From Candidatus Zixiibacteriota bacterium (GTDB taxonomy: Bacteria > Zixibacteria > MSB-5A5 > GN15 > FEB-12): a stretch of 64,000 bases of DNA. The notes beneath the pieces were generated by a model. That model worked only from the letters and a program-made list of their open reading frames with translations, was not told the origin of the DNA and did not search any database. Position numbers and translations under genes: made by a program. Positions within the stretch are counted from its first letter, which is position 1; each line of letters begins with the position of its first letter. Where the stretch lies: the NCBI GenBank assembly GCA_021163775.1, contig JAGGTI010000009.1, positions 12,897 through 76,896 of the forward strand. Reading direction: 5' to 3'. Below are positions 27,997-36,802 of this stretch, in pieces.

Positions 27997-28662
27997 ATGG
28001 AAAATATAAGCATTTCACTCTCTGAAGGTGGACGAGATCGTGAGGTCTCCGAGGTTCGAATCGATGGTGTTATTGACACTTTGACAGCATCGGAATTGGA
28101 GCAGGTGTTTGATTCCCTCTTGGGGAGAAATCGTTATCGTATTGTCGTAGATTTAGCCGGGGTTGATTATATCTCATCGGCCGGTTGGGGTATTTTTATC
28201 TCACACATCAAGGATGTTCGCGACAACGACGGTGATGTCAAACTGGCCGGTATGGTGCCGGATGTACGCGAGATATTCGAACTTCTTGAGTTTGACAAGG
28301 TTCTTCAGTCCTTTGCCTCGGTTGACGAGGCGGCGTCTAAATTCTCCAATACTGGGCCAGGCGGGTCTTCAAAAAAAAAAGAGGCCACCAAAGTTGAGAT
28401 CATAGAAGATCTCGACTCCTCCTCTGACCAGCGTCACAGTGATCCTCCGGCTGATATGTTCGGTCCTGAGACCAATCTCGAAATGTTCGCTCTCAAAATG
28501 CTCAAGGGCGATCCATTTGTGACTATTGGCGAAATTAGGCGCGAATTTGCTACCCAGACTTTGGGTCTAAAAGCGGGTTGGTGGGCGGTGTTCAAGGTTC
28601 TGAAGCGTCACCGTTTACTGAGGCAACGCTCCCGTTTCCAGTATGCCTGGGGTCGGGCCTGA
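27997..28662 (+). CDS. STAS-domain anti-sigma-factor antagonist with a C-terminal extension of about 100 aa
   Basis: MENISISL..VRIDGVIDTLTASELEQVFDSLL..VVDLAGVDYISSAGWGIFI..AGMVPDVREIFELLEFDKVL. The conserved Ser context is present. The track start 27841 lies inside the upstream gene. Confidence 0.85.
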   Translation: MENISISLSEGGRDREVSEVRIDGVIDTLTASELEQVFDSLLGRNRYRIVVDLAGVDYISSAGWGIFISHIKDVRDNDGDVKLAGMVPDVREIFELLEFDKVLQSFASVDEAASKFSNTGPGGSSKKKEATKVEIIEDLDSSSDQRHSDPPADMFGPETNLEMFALKMLKGDPFVTIGEIRREFATQTLGLKAGWWAVFKVLKRHRLLRQRSRFQYAWGRA

Positions 28663-28673
28663 TCTGGTTTTAG

Positions 28674-28702
28674 TTGACATACATCCCTAATCTATTATAC
28701 TA
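28674..28702 (+). promoter_or_regulatory. sigma-70 type promoter upstream of the GGDEF gene
   Basis: TTGACA (28674-28679), 17 nt, TATACT (28697-28702). Confidence 0.4.
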
Positions 28703-28744
28703 CAATAGTATAGAACTCTTAATCGCTCTGAGGTAAGCTTGGTC

Positions 28745-30364
28745 ATGATGCCGGCCGTCCTTATTATAGCTCTGATCATATTTGTAACTGTTCTCGCTGT
28801 TTTGTTGCTAATACGAATGTCCCGAGAGAAACGAGAAAAAGAGGCTCTGGAACAGTTATCTCCAGCCCGGTTGTCAGGTTTGGTTGGGGATTCGCTAAAG
28901 AAGGGCGGGTTGATTGATGTCACCACGCGAATTTCCCAGATTTTGATAGAATCGCTCAGTTGTAAGCGACTTATCTTTCTCCGTCTTAATAATAGCAATC
29001 TCGAATATGAATACGGCTATGGTGTCGCCGAGACCCGACACACTTGGCTTACCCACTGTCCTGATGGTCTGGAAGACAAACTGGACAAAACAGCTTCTCC
29101 GATGCCGGTGTCAGAGTTGGCTGGTATTCTACCCGTACGGCTTTTGGATGCTATCAGGAAATCTATCTGCGATTTATATTTCCCGATCTACTGGGGCGAG
29201 CAACTGTATGGTCTATACTTCCTGGCGGGTAACGATCGGTTGCGACTGCCAGCTCTAAATTTGGCGGTGGCTTCCATCGGTCAGACCTTGTCAGCTATGT
29301 ACCATCTTGATTGGTATCGGGGTCAGCATCAAAAATTGCAGGAACGAGTGAATGAATTACAGAAAGAAGCCCCGGTCAGGTCATCAGAAACGATGTCAAC
29401 CACGTTTGGACTTCTCAAGTTGATCCGACATCATGATTCAGAGACCCTGGTGGGCAGAATTATAGATGAGGTTGGCAGAGATGTTGGGCTGGCTCGGTAT
29501 TCGTTTTTTGTTCCACCGAATAACAACCAGTCCTCGGTGCGAGTGCTTGAGCAGGGTGTTCAGTTTCCGGTGGCTGTACCTCGCAAGGAGCTGATTGAGA
29601 AGATTTTGACCCGTCTGGATCCCGAAAGGGCTACGGAGATATCGACACTGACTGGGAAAGATGACTCGTTGGATACGTTTCGGGACGGCTTGCAACAAGC
29701 CGGGTTGAAGTATTTGACTGCTTTTCCTCTGTTGGATGAGCAGGTGGGAATATTGGCCTGGGATCATAATCAGCCAGCGGAGAAGGTTCTGACGCAGTTA
29801 CAGCGACATTGCGGTCCGGTGTCGGAACTGATGGCTAACGCGGCATCTTTCGAGGAGGTCCTGGGCTTGTCGTACACCGATGGTCTCACCGGTCTGGCCA
29901 ACCATAGGTTTTTCACTCAACGCCTTGATGAAGAAATTGATCGCGCTCGCCGGTATGGTCGATCTTTAGCTCTGATTATTTTTGACATTGATGAATTGAA
30001 AATGGTCAATGACAACTATGGTCATCAGGCTGGTGATTCCGTGATACGGCAAATGGGCCAAATGTTACGAGCATCGGTTCGTTCAAACGATGTAGTAGCC
30101 AGGTACGGTGGCGACGAGTTCTGTATTATTATGCCGGAATCCGATCAAGTCACCTGTGGCCGCTTTATCCGCCGCTTTCAGCAAAAAATCGCCGATACCA
30201 AGTTCAAAATTGACACCGACAACAAGGAATTGATCTGTACCGTTTCTCAAGGGGGGGCAATTTTTCCTGACAATGGTGAGGACTCTAAGCAGTTGATTTA
30301 CGCCGCTGATATGGCCCTTCTTGAGGCCAAAAACGATGGTCGCAACGGGTATCAACTGGCTTGA
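28745..30364 (+). CDS. membrane-anchored diguanylate cyclase (GGDEF) with an uncharacterised N-terminal sensor region
   Basis: N-terminal TM helix. C terminus YTDGLTGLANHRFF..ALIIFDIDELKMVNDNYGHQAGD..RSNDVVARYGGDEFCIIM. GGDEF is intact, with an RxxD I-site 5 residues upstream. Confidence 0.9.
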   Translation: MMPAVLIIALIIFVTVLAVLLLIRMSREKREKEALEQLSPARLSGLVGDSLKKGGLIDVTTRISQILIESLSCKRLIFLRLNNSNLEYEYGYGVAETRHTWLTHCPDGLEDKLDKTASPMPVSELAGILPVRLLDAIRKSICDLYFPIYWGEQLYGLYFLAGNDRLRLPALNLAVASIGQTLSAMYHLDWYRGQHQKLQERVNELQKEAPVRSSETMSTTFGLLKLIRHHDSETLVGRIIDEVGRDVGLARYSFFVPPNNNQSSVRVLEQGVQFPVAVPRKELIEKILTRLDPERATEISTLTGKDDSLDTFRDGLQQAGLKYLTAFPLLDEQVGILAWDHNQPAEKVLTQLQRHCGPVSELMANAASFEEVLGLSYTDGLTGLANHRFFTQRLDEEIDRARRYGRSLALIIFDIDELKMVNDNYGHQAGDSVIRQMGQMLRASVRSNDVVARYGGDEFCIIMPESDQVTCGRFIRRFQQKIADTKFKIDTDNKELICTVSQGGAIFPDNGEDSKQLIYAADMALLEAKNDGRNGYQLA

Positions 30365-30386
30365 TCGCCTCTACCGTCTCGATTGT

Positions 30387-30409
30387 GATAGAAAACCACT
30401 ATCTTTTTT
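30387..30409 (+). terminator. weak Rho-independent terminator after the GGDEF gene
   Basis: GATAG-aaaacca-CTATC followed by TTTTTTG. The stem is short and AT-rich. Confidence 0.35.
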
Positions 30410-30511
30410 GTACTTTACACCAAAATAACGGTCATCTATATTTTGTACTCTAACCATATTGGAAAAGATGCCGATTCTTTGGTATAACACGTTTTTCGGA
30501 GGCTTACACGG

Positions 30512-31483
30512 ATGGAGAGCCGAAACTTGAAACAGATTCTAATTAGTCTTACGGTCATAGTGGTCGGAATGGCCTTGGTGCCACCCACCCAGAGTGCCGA
30601 TTACCTTATTGGGGCAGAGGACGAGCTCCAGATATCGTACTGGCAAGGTCCGGAACGGAACATCCAGGTTCGAGTTGGTCTGGATGGCAAGATTAGTCTC
30701 GACATTGTTGGTCGGATCGAGGCGGCTGGAAAAACAACTACCCAACTCGAGAACGATATTGTCCGACTTATCTCCCGACTCGACAAGAGGATATCCCAGG
30801 CGAGTGTTCGCGTGGTCGAGTTCAATTACAATTACGTGTTTGTGATAGGGCAGATTAATGTTCCGGGGAAGATGACTTTTGAAGAAATACCGGATCTGTG
30901 GACTGTAATCAACGAGTCTGGCGGTGTTACAGATCTCGGCGACTTGAGTCGGGTTAGTATCATTCGAGGTGGTGACCAGGCTGGTCGGGTTGAAGTGGTC
31001 AACCTTCGTGAGGCTCTGGCGTTTGGCAATCTCGAACAATTGCCACGGCTTCGCCGGGGTGACACGATTGAAATCGGACGTACGCCGGGACAAGTATTAG
31101 CCGGTGAGATCGGACGGTTAGCCGAAAAAAAGAGTTTGTTTTATGTTATAGGTGCTGTCGGAAATCCAGGGCCAATCACTTATGAAGAGAATCTTGATGT
31201 TCTCGAAGTGATAGCTCTCGCGGGCGGACCGGGCGAATCGGCCGATCTCAAGCGTACCCAACTAGTAATTAAAGATGGTAACTACGCCCAGACCATCAAT
31301 CTGAATCTTGAGAAGTACATACAGGTCGGAAAACCTGCTCGATACATAATGAAGAAAGAAGACATGGTCATCGTACCGGTTCGCCGCCCTGGTTTTTTCG
31401 ATTCCCGATTGGGTCAGATCGCGGGTTTATTGACTGCGGTTTCAACGGCGTACCTGTTAATTGACCGGATTCAAAATGATTAG
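30512..31483 (+). CDS. polysaccharide export protein (Wza-like; Poly_export plus SLBB domains)
   Basis: Signal/TM segment, then YLIGAEDELQISYWQGPE..VRVGLDGKISLDIVGRIEAAGKTTTQLENDI and SLBB-like repeats (GDTIEIGR.., VIGAVGNPG). Confidence 0.85.
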   Translation: MESRNLKQILISLTVIVVGMALVPPTQSADYLIGAEDELQISYWQGPERNIQVRVGLDGKISLDIVGRIEAAGKTTTQLENDIVRLISRLDKRISQASVRVVEFNYNYVFVIGQINVPGKMTFEEIPDLWTVINESGGVTDLGDLSRVSIIRGGDQAGRVEVVNLREALAFGNLEQLPRLRRGDTIEIGRTPGQVLAGEIGRLAEKKSLFYVIGAVGNPGPITYEENLDVLEVIALAGGPGESADLKRTQLVIKDGNYAQTINLNLEKYIQVGKPARYIMKKEDMVIVPVRRPGFFDSRLGQIAGLLTAVSTAYLLIDRIQND

Positions 31484-31525
31484 GCTTATGAGCAAGGATC
31501 AGTCGCCGAACTTCGGTTTGATCTT

Positions 31526-32683
31526 GTGCTCTGTGCTGACAAACCGCTTATAGAGATTATGGAAACCTTTAGACTCAACAGCAAGCTACGCGAAAAAGAT
31601 CGCGAGTATCTAATTCAGACGAGCAATGATGCTTCACTTGGATCGGTGTCGACTATTGTATATGTCGATGGGATGCGAATCGATACGCATAATTGCCCGC
31701 ATCCTGAAAAAGTAACTCCGAAACAACTTCTGGGAATGGTGAAGAAGGCTCACGGCGAAAGGAAGAAGGAACTTGAAGGGTTGCTTCAGGCGTATCAACG
31801 TGCGGGTGCCGAAAGTGATTCGGATAAGATGTTCTTGCTTTCCAGCGTGCTCTTTCATAAGCGGTTATATTATGAGGCACTCGACCTCCTAAAAGGTGTC
31901 ATTAGTCTGCGAACGGAATATCATCAGGCGTATGACTTGTTGGGACAAACTTATCTGGCTTCGGGACAGGTTGGTCTGGCTGTGGAGTCCGGGCTACGAG
32001 CGGTCGAGCTGTGTCCCAATTACGCTGATTATCGCAACCATCTGGGTGAAGCGTATTTGTCGTCCGGTTCTGCTGGTAAGGCTATTGCCGAATTCGAGGC
32101 GGCGATTGGCGTGAATATGTATTACAGCGAAGCTTACTTCAATCTTGGCTTGGCGCATATTCTGGAAGTATCCAACGCTACCGAACGTTTGCATATTCAA
32201 CAGGGTATAATACGGATTCAGGAATACTTGTCCAAGGCGGGTTTGGTGTATCCTGAGTACCTGAGTCATCGCAATTACCAAGAAGGTCTTAAGGCACTGG
32301 AGATTCAAGATTTTGGGCGGGCACTCAGCTTGCTCCGCAGTGTTGCCGAAGCGCGTAAGGAACTCCGACGCCAGGAGTTTATCTCCATGAACGGGCGCTT
32401 GTTGGCGCATCCTGACACGTGGACAGTCGAAAACCTTGGGAAACAAATCAAGTCGTTACGCACTCAGCTTGAGAAGCACCCCAACTACCTGGATATGCAA
32501 ACCGAGTTGGTATACTGTTATATGGAGCAGGCGGGTATGATCTGGGATCAAGGTCTGGAAATTTGTCAGATAATCATGGAAACACATCCCAACCAGGAAC
32601 GTATTTCCGGAATACTGGAAGGCGCTCTTGATGTCCGTGCCTCGATGTTGGAAACCATAAAAGGCATAAGTAAGGAAGGCTGA
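31526..32683 (+). CDS. TPR repeat protein of the EPS cluster (start uncertain: GTG 31526 or ATG 31559)
   Basis: TPR-like units include YYEALDLLKGVISLRTEYHQAYDLLGQTYLASGQ and AVELCPNYADYRNHLGEAYLSSG. I see no TM helix. Confidence 0.7.
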   Translation: MLCADKPLIEIMETFRLNSKLREKDREYLIQTSNDASLGSVSTIVYVDGMRIDTHNCPHPEKVTPKQLLGMVKKAHGERKKELEGLLQAYQRAGAESDSDKMFLLSSVLFHKRLYYEALDLLKGVISLRTEYHQAYDLLGQTYLASGQVGLAVESGLRAVELCPNYADYRNHLGEAYLSSGSAGKAIAEFEAAIGVNMYYSEAYFNLGLAHILEVSNATERLHIQQGIIRIQEYLSKAGLVYPEYLSHRNYQEGLKALEIQDFGRALSLLRSVAEARKELRRQEFISMNGRLLAHPDTWTVENLGKQIKSLRTQLEKHPNYLDMQTELVYCYMEQAGMIWDQGLEICQIIMETHPNQERISGILEGALDVRASMLETIKGISKEG

Positions 32684-32689
32684 AGCCTT

Positions 32690-33481
32690 ATGACTCGCGC
32701 CAGAATACCGATAACCGAATTCTTCAGTCAGGAATCGCCAATTGCTACCGAATACCGCCGGCTCTTTCAGAACCTGTGTAAGGCTGGGGAAAAGGCTGAA
32801 CTGAAATCAATCCTGATTACATCGGCAGTTACCGGCGAAGGCAAGTCTACCATATCATCGCTCCTGTCGATCACTGCCGCACGTAAAGGAAATCGAACCT
32901 TGTTGATTGACTGCGACATTCGGCGTCCGGCGATTCACGGTTTGTTCCAATTGGAGAGACGTTACGGTCTGGTTGATGTTTTACTCGATGGGGAACCATC
33001 CAAGGATGTCATCAAGAAGACAGCGATTGACCATTTGGATGTCATTACTGCGGGCAAGGTTACACCGCATCCGAGTGAACTGTTTAACACCCGGACAATT
33101 GATGGCATGATCCAGGAACTCAAATTCTACTATGACTACTTGATTCTCGATTCTCCACCGGTCATTCCAGTCTCTGACCCGATGCTTTTGGCCCAAGCTA
33201 TTGATGGTGTACTGATGGTGGTCAAGGCCGGGGAGACCGCTCGTCAGGTGGCACAACGGGCGGTGAATATTATGACAACTAACCGTGCTAATGTGTTGGG
33301 CGTGGTGCTCAATAATGCCCGCAACAGCCTGCCGTACTATTATGACTATTCCAACTACCACTATAATTACAGCCAGACTGGGGATGTGAATGATAACGGC
33401 GGAAAGACTTCCGGTTCGAGTAATTCACAACAGAAAAACAGCAATAAGTTTCCACGTGATGGCAAACACCTTACACGCTAA
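32690..33481 (+). CDS. CpsD/CapB-type bacterial tyrosine kinase (BY-kinase) catalytic protein
   Basis: Walker A ITSAVTGEGKSTISS, LLIDCDIRRP, Walker B YLILDSPP and a C-terminal Tyr cluster LPYYYDYSNYHYNYS. Confidence 0.85.
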   Translation: MTRARIPITEFFSQESPIATEYRRLFQNLCKAGEKAELKSILITSAVTGEGKSTISSLLSITAARKGNRTLLIDCDIRRPAIHGLFQLERRYGLVDVLLDGEPSKDVIKKTAIDHLDVITAGKVTPHPSELFNTRTIDGMIQELKFYYDYLILDSPPVIPVSDPMLLAQAIDGVLMVVKAGETARQVAQRAVNIMTTNRANVLGVVLNNARNSLPYYYDYSNYHYNYSQTGDVNDNGGKTSGSSNSQQKNSNKFPRDGKHLTR

Positions 33482-33499
33482 TCCGACAGGCTGGCCAGC

Positions 33500-34369
33500 A
33501 TGTCGCAGAATCTGCTAACGGTTGATTTAGAAGAGTGGTTCATAGTTGAATCTTTGCAAAACCGCTTCGGTTTTGATGATTGGCTGGGATTGCCTTCCAC
33601 AGTTGAAACTAACTGTAATCGTCTATTGCACCTTATGCACACCCATAACGTGCGGGCGACCTGGTTTGTGGTTGGCTGGTGTGCCGAGCATCACCCGCAC
33701 CTGATTCGGCGTATAGCTGAAGCTGGGCATGAAATTGCCTGTCACAGCTATCGACATCAACGGGTTGACCTGCTTACGCCAGAGGAATTTCGCGAGGATA
33801 CACAACGCGCCAATCGGGCAATTTTTGAGGCTTGTGGAGTCAAACCTGTAGGATATAGGGCACCCAGCTGGTCGCTGTCTGAGCAAGTGAGCTGGGCCTT
33901 TGAAATTCTGGCCGAACTTGGTTTTGAGTATGATAGTTCGATTTTCCCGATCAAGCACGATCTTTATGGAATGCCTGCCGGCCCGAGACAGCTCTTTCGC
34001 ATGAGCTTTGAACACGATCGTTTTTTATATGAACTACCGGCATCGACCGTTCATCGCTGGGGTCAGAATATTCCATTTGGTGGCGGTGGTTACTTGCGCC
34101 ACTCACCCTATTGGTATACTCGACGGCAGGTACGCAGGGCCAATGCGGTCGGAGAATCGGTGGTTGTTTATATCCATCCCTGGGAAATCGATCCGGAACC
34201 TCCACGGATCGACAACTTGTCCTGGCTACAACGCTTTCGAACCTACGGCTCTACCGGGACTTTGCTTGAGAAGCTAAATCGCCTTCTGGCTGATTTTGAG
34301 TTCATAGCGGTAACAGATTATATCCGCCAGACCACCCGAAGTCATATTGGTTTTGAGCGGACAGATTAA
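33500..34369 (+). CDS. polysaccharide deacetylase family protein (DUF3473-type, as found in exosortase/EPS loci)
   Basis: LLTVDLEEWF..ATWFVVGW..GHEIACHSYRH..GYRAPSWS..PFGGGGYLR..VVYIHPWEID. Confidence 0.85.
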   Translation: MSQNLLTVDLEEWFIVESLQNRFGFDDWLGLPSTVETNCNRLLHLMHTHNVRATWFVVGWCAEHHPHLIRRIAEAGHEIACHSYRHQRVDLLTPEEFREDTQRANRAIFEACGVKPVGYRAPSWSLSEQVSWAFEILAELGFEYDSSIFPIKHDLYGMPAGPRQLFRMSFEHDRFLYELPASTVHRWGQNIPFGGGGYLRHSPYWYTRRQVRRANAVGESVVVYIHPWEIDPEPPRIDNLSWLQRFRTYGSTGTLLEKLNRLLADFEFIAVTDYIRQTTRSHIGFERTD

Positions 34370-34561
34370 CCCTAACCAGGGCTTCTTCAAGTCCTTATTG
34401 GTACTAACCTGACAAACAAACAGGTTTTTAGCGCAGAACTTCGCTTTTTAACGGATCGAATACCTGAGAATCCCATTAAATCCTTGACTAATATGTGTAT
34501 AAGGTTTTACCGTAAAACTGATGGTAATGCACTCTGGATTAGGGAAGCAAAGGACTCTAAC

Positions 34562-35230
34562 ATGAAGCGATTTATTATTCTCTGTTTGATGCTGTTGATG
34601 TGTGCTCCGGCGGTTGATGCTCGCAAGAAGCAGAAGAAGGCTGGCACGATTACAGACAGCGTTTATCACGATAACAAGTACGGTTTTGATCTGACCATTC
34701 ATGATAACTGGAAAGTGAAAATCAGCAAGGATAAGGAGAATGTGCGACTCTTGCTGACTCAGAAGAACTTCGCTATTCCATCTGACTACATTAATGCGCC
34801 GAACTATACGTATACGCCGCAGATGATTCTGTATGTTGATACAACGACTTTGGGGGTCCATCCATTCATCGATTCATTGACCAGCGATGATTACAAGTCA
34901 ACACAGAAAAAGGAAATCCTCAAAGAGTTTGAATTCCTCAACGAACCCGACCAGATTCCCAGACGGCGCAGTCGGATGGAAATTGCGGGTGAGTCTGCAT
35001 TGTTGTGGAAAGCCCAGGCCAGGTACGAGAAGGAAGTTGTGGAATCGGCTTCGTCGACATCGGGCAGGATGGTGCACAGAGAATACGGTGGTGCCATAGC
35101 GGCTGTCAAAATAGGCAATAATATTATTCTCTTCCATGTGATGACGGAATGGGAGTTCTTTGAGCCGGTACTATTTGAGGTGTTGCCGATGATTAAGAGT
35201 TTGGTAGTGCCACAGGAAGACGAGGGCTGA
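34562..35230 (+). CDS. secreted hypothetical protein
   Basis: Start moved to ATG 34562, which gives the signal peptide MKRFIILCLMLLMCAPAVDA. I recognise no motif. Confidence 0.5.
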   Translation: MKRFIILCLMLLMCAPAVDARKKQKKAGTITDSVYHDNKYGFDLTIHDNWKVKISKDKENVRLLLTQKNFAIPSDYINAPNYTYTPQMILYVDTTTLGVHPFIDSLTSDDYKSTQKKEILKEFEFLNEPDQIPRRRSRMEIAGESALLWKAQARYEKEVVESASSTSGRMVHREYGGAIAAVKIGNNIILFHVMTEWEFFEPVLFEVLPMIKSLVVPQEDEG

Positions 35231-35287
35231 CGGTTTTCAGGTTGAGTTAGTGGTTCGGGAGTATGACGAAAGGATTCGGGATATCCC

Positions 35288-35656
35288 ATGTGGATAATTA
35301 GAACAGTATTAGTACTGCTACTACTGATTTTGGTAGTAGGTTTTGCCTATAACAACATAGGGCCAGACCAAAAAGTGGCGGTCCATCTTGAACCGCTTTT
35401 TGTCAACTATGTTGATGTGCCTCTGGTGACAGTGGTATTTTGGGCGTTTGTGGCCGGGGCGGCCCTTTCCTTGCTCCTGTTTGTCTCGATATATGTCAAA
35501 CTTTCGGTTCAGGGGCATACTGCTCGGAAGCGGATTCGGTCGCTGGAAGGCGAAGTGACGATCCTTCGCAATCGTCCAATTGAAGAATCAGCGGAACTAC
35601 TCAAGGGCGCGGATCGCAAGATGGACGAGCAAGAATCGCCCTTCGCGGAGAATTAG
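35288..35656 (+). CDS. LapA-domain inner-membrane protein (lipopolysaccharide assembly protein A-like)
   Basis: Two TM helices (IIRTVLVLLLLILVVGF and VVFWAFVAGAALSLLLFV) followed by a charged helix RKRIRSLEGEV. It precedes a LapB-like TPR gene. Confidence 0.65.
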   Translation: MWIIRTVLVLLLLILVVGFAYNNIGPDQKVAVHLEPLFVNYVDVPLVTVVFWAFVAGAALSLLLFVSIYVKLSVQGHTARKRIRSLEGEVTILRNRPIEESAELLKGADRKMDEQESPFAEN

Positions 35657-35661
35657 GCGCC

Positions 35662-36762
35662 ATGCTGGAATACACAATATCTTTTCTAATCGCCCTGTTG
35701 ATAGCGGTGGCTGGATACCTGCTCTATGAGCGTTTCGTGCGCAAGAGTCACAAACCAACATCGTCGGCTTATGTCGAAGCCCTTTGCGATCTGCTTGACG
35801 GTCGCCAGGAATCAGCGTTTACAAAGTTGCGGCAGGTAGTGGCTGAAGATGCCACCAATCTTGATGCTTACATTCGTCTGGGGCGTATCCTTCGCGAACA
35901 CAATCAAGCTGAACGGGCATTACAGGTACACAAAGACCTGACCCTGCGGCCGGACCTGACACGTGATGATCGAGTGGCTATTCTTCATGAAATCGCGGCT
36001 GACTGTCTGGCGTTAGACGATGTCAAGACGGCTGAATCAGCGCTCAGTGAACAGATAGCCTTGAACTCATCGGATTACTGGGCCTTCACCCGCCTGTTGG
36101 CTATCCAGGAGAAAGCTCGCAAGTGGAATGATGCCTATGACACAGCGGTGGAGATTCTGAAGTTAGAGTCCAACAAATCGAAGAAACCACTGGCTCGCTA
36201 CAAGTATCAGTCCGGACGACAACTTTTCGGGAAACGTGAGTACCACAAGGCCCGTGTGCTTTATAAAGAAGCGATAGGCTTGGATCCATCGTTTGTCTCT
36301 GCCTATTTGGCGATTGGTGACTCCTACTATGAGGAAAAACGCTACGAGGATGCCGTTACGTTCTGGAAGAAGTTGATCACGTCAGTGCCGGATCAGGGTC
36401 ATCGGGTTATCAGTCGACTCAAGAAAACGCTGTTTGAGTTGGGACGGTTCGGTGATATCCAATCTATCTGTGAGACAATTTTGGAACATGCGCCTAAAAA
36501 TGTTGAAGCCCGTCGTGCTCTGGCTGAGTTCTACGAAAAGAAAGGCGATGTTGATCTGGCGGTTGAACTTTTGGAGCAAGTGCGGGACGATCACCCCGAT
36601 GATAATGCTGTGGCATACGACCTGATCCGGATCTATCTCGAGCGGGATGACCATACGAGAATAAAGAAGCTGATCAGGAATCTTGGGCAGAGGCACGACG
36701 AGGCCGCGAACAGCGCCCCCGATGGGCAACCGGAGTCGTCATCTTCGGCCGCAAGTGCCTGA
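35662..36762 (+). CDS. LapB/YciM-like TPR protein, lacking the C-terminal rubredoxin-type Cys motifs
   Basis: N-terminal TM helix, then TPR repeats throughout. The C-terminal 40 aa are Ser/Ala/Pro-rich and contain no Cys. Confidence 0.6.
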   Translation: MLEYTISFLIALLIAVAGYLLYERFVRKSHKPTSSAYVEALCDLLDGRQESAFTKLRQVVAEDATNLDAYIRLGRILREHNQAERALQVHKDLTLRPDLTRDDRVAILHEIAADCLALDDVKTAESALSEQIALNSSDYWAFTRLLAIQEKARKWNDAYDTAVEILKLESNKSKKPLARYKYQSGRQLFGKREYHKARVLYKEAIGLDPSFVSAYLAIGDSYYEEKRYEDAVTFWKKLITSVPDQGHRVISRLKKTLFELGRFGDIQSICETILEHAPKNVEARRALAEFYEKKGDVDLAVELLEQVRDDHPDDNAVAYDLIRIYLERDDHTRIKKLIRNLGQRHDEAANSAPDGQPESSSSAASA

Positions 36763-36802
36763 ATTGATACGAACCTGCGTCTGTTACCTCGCTTGTAATA
36801 TT

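Noticed and set aside
26256-28079. Long antisense ORFs 26256-26816 and 27297-28079 (-).
   Set aside because: They lie opposite a + strand gene with clear kinase, HAMP and PP2C motifs. They have no motifs of their own and are shadow ORFs.
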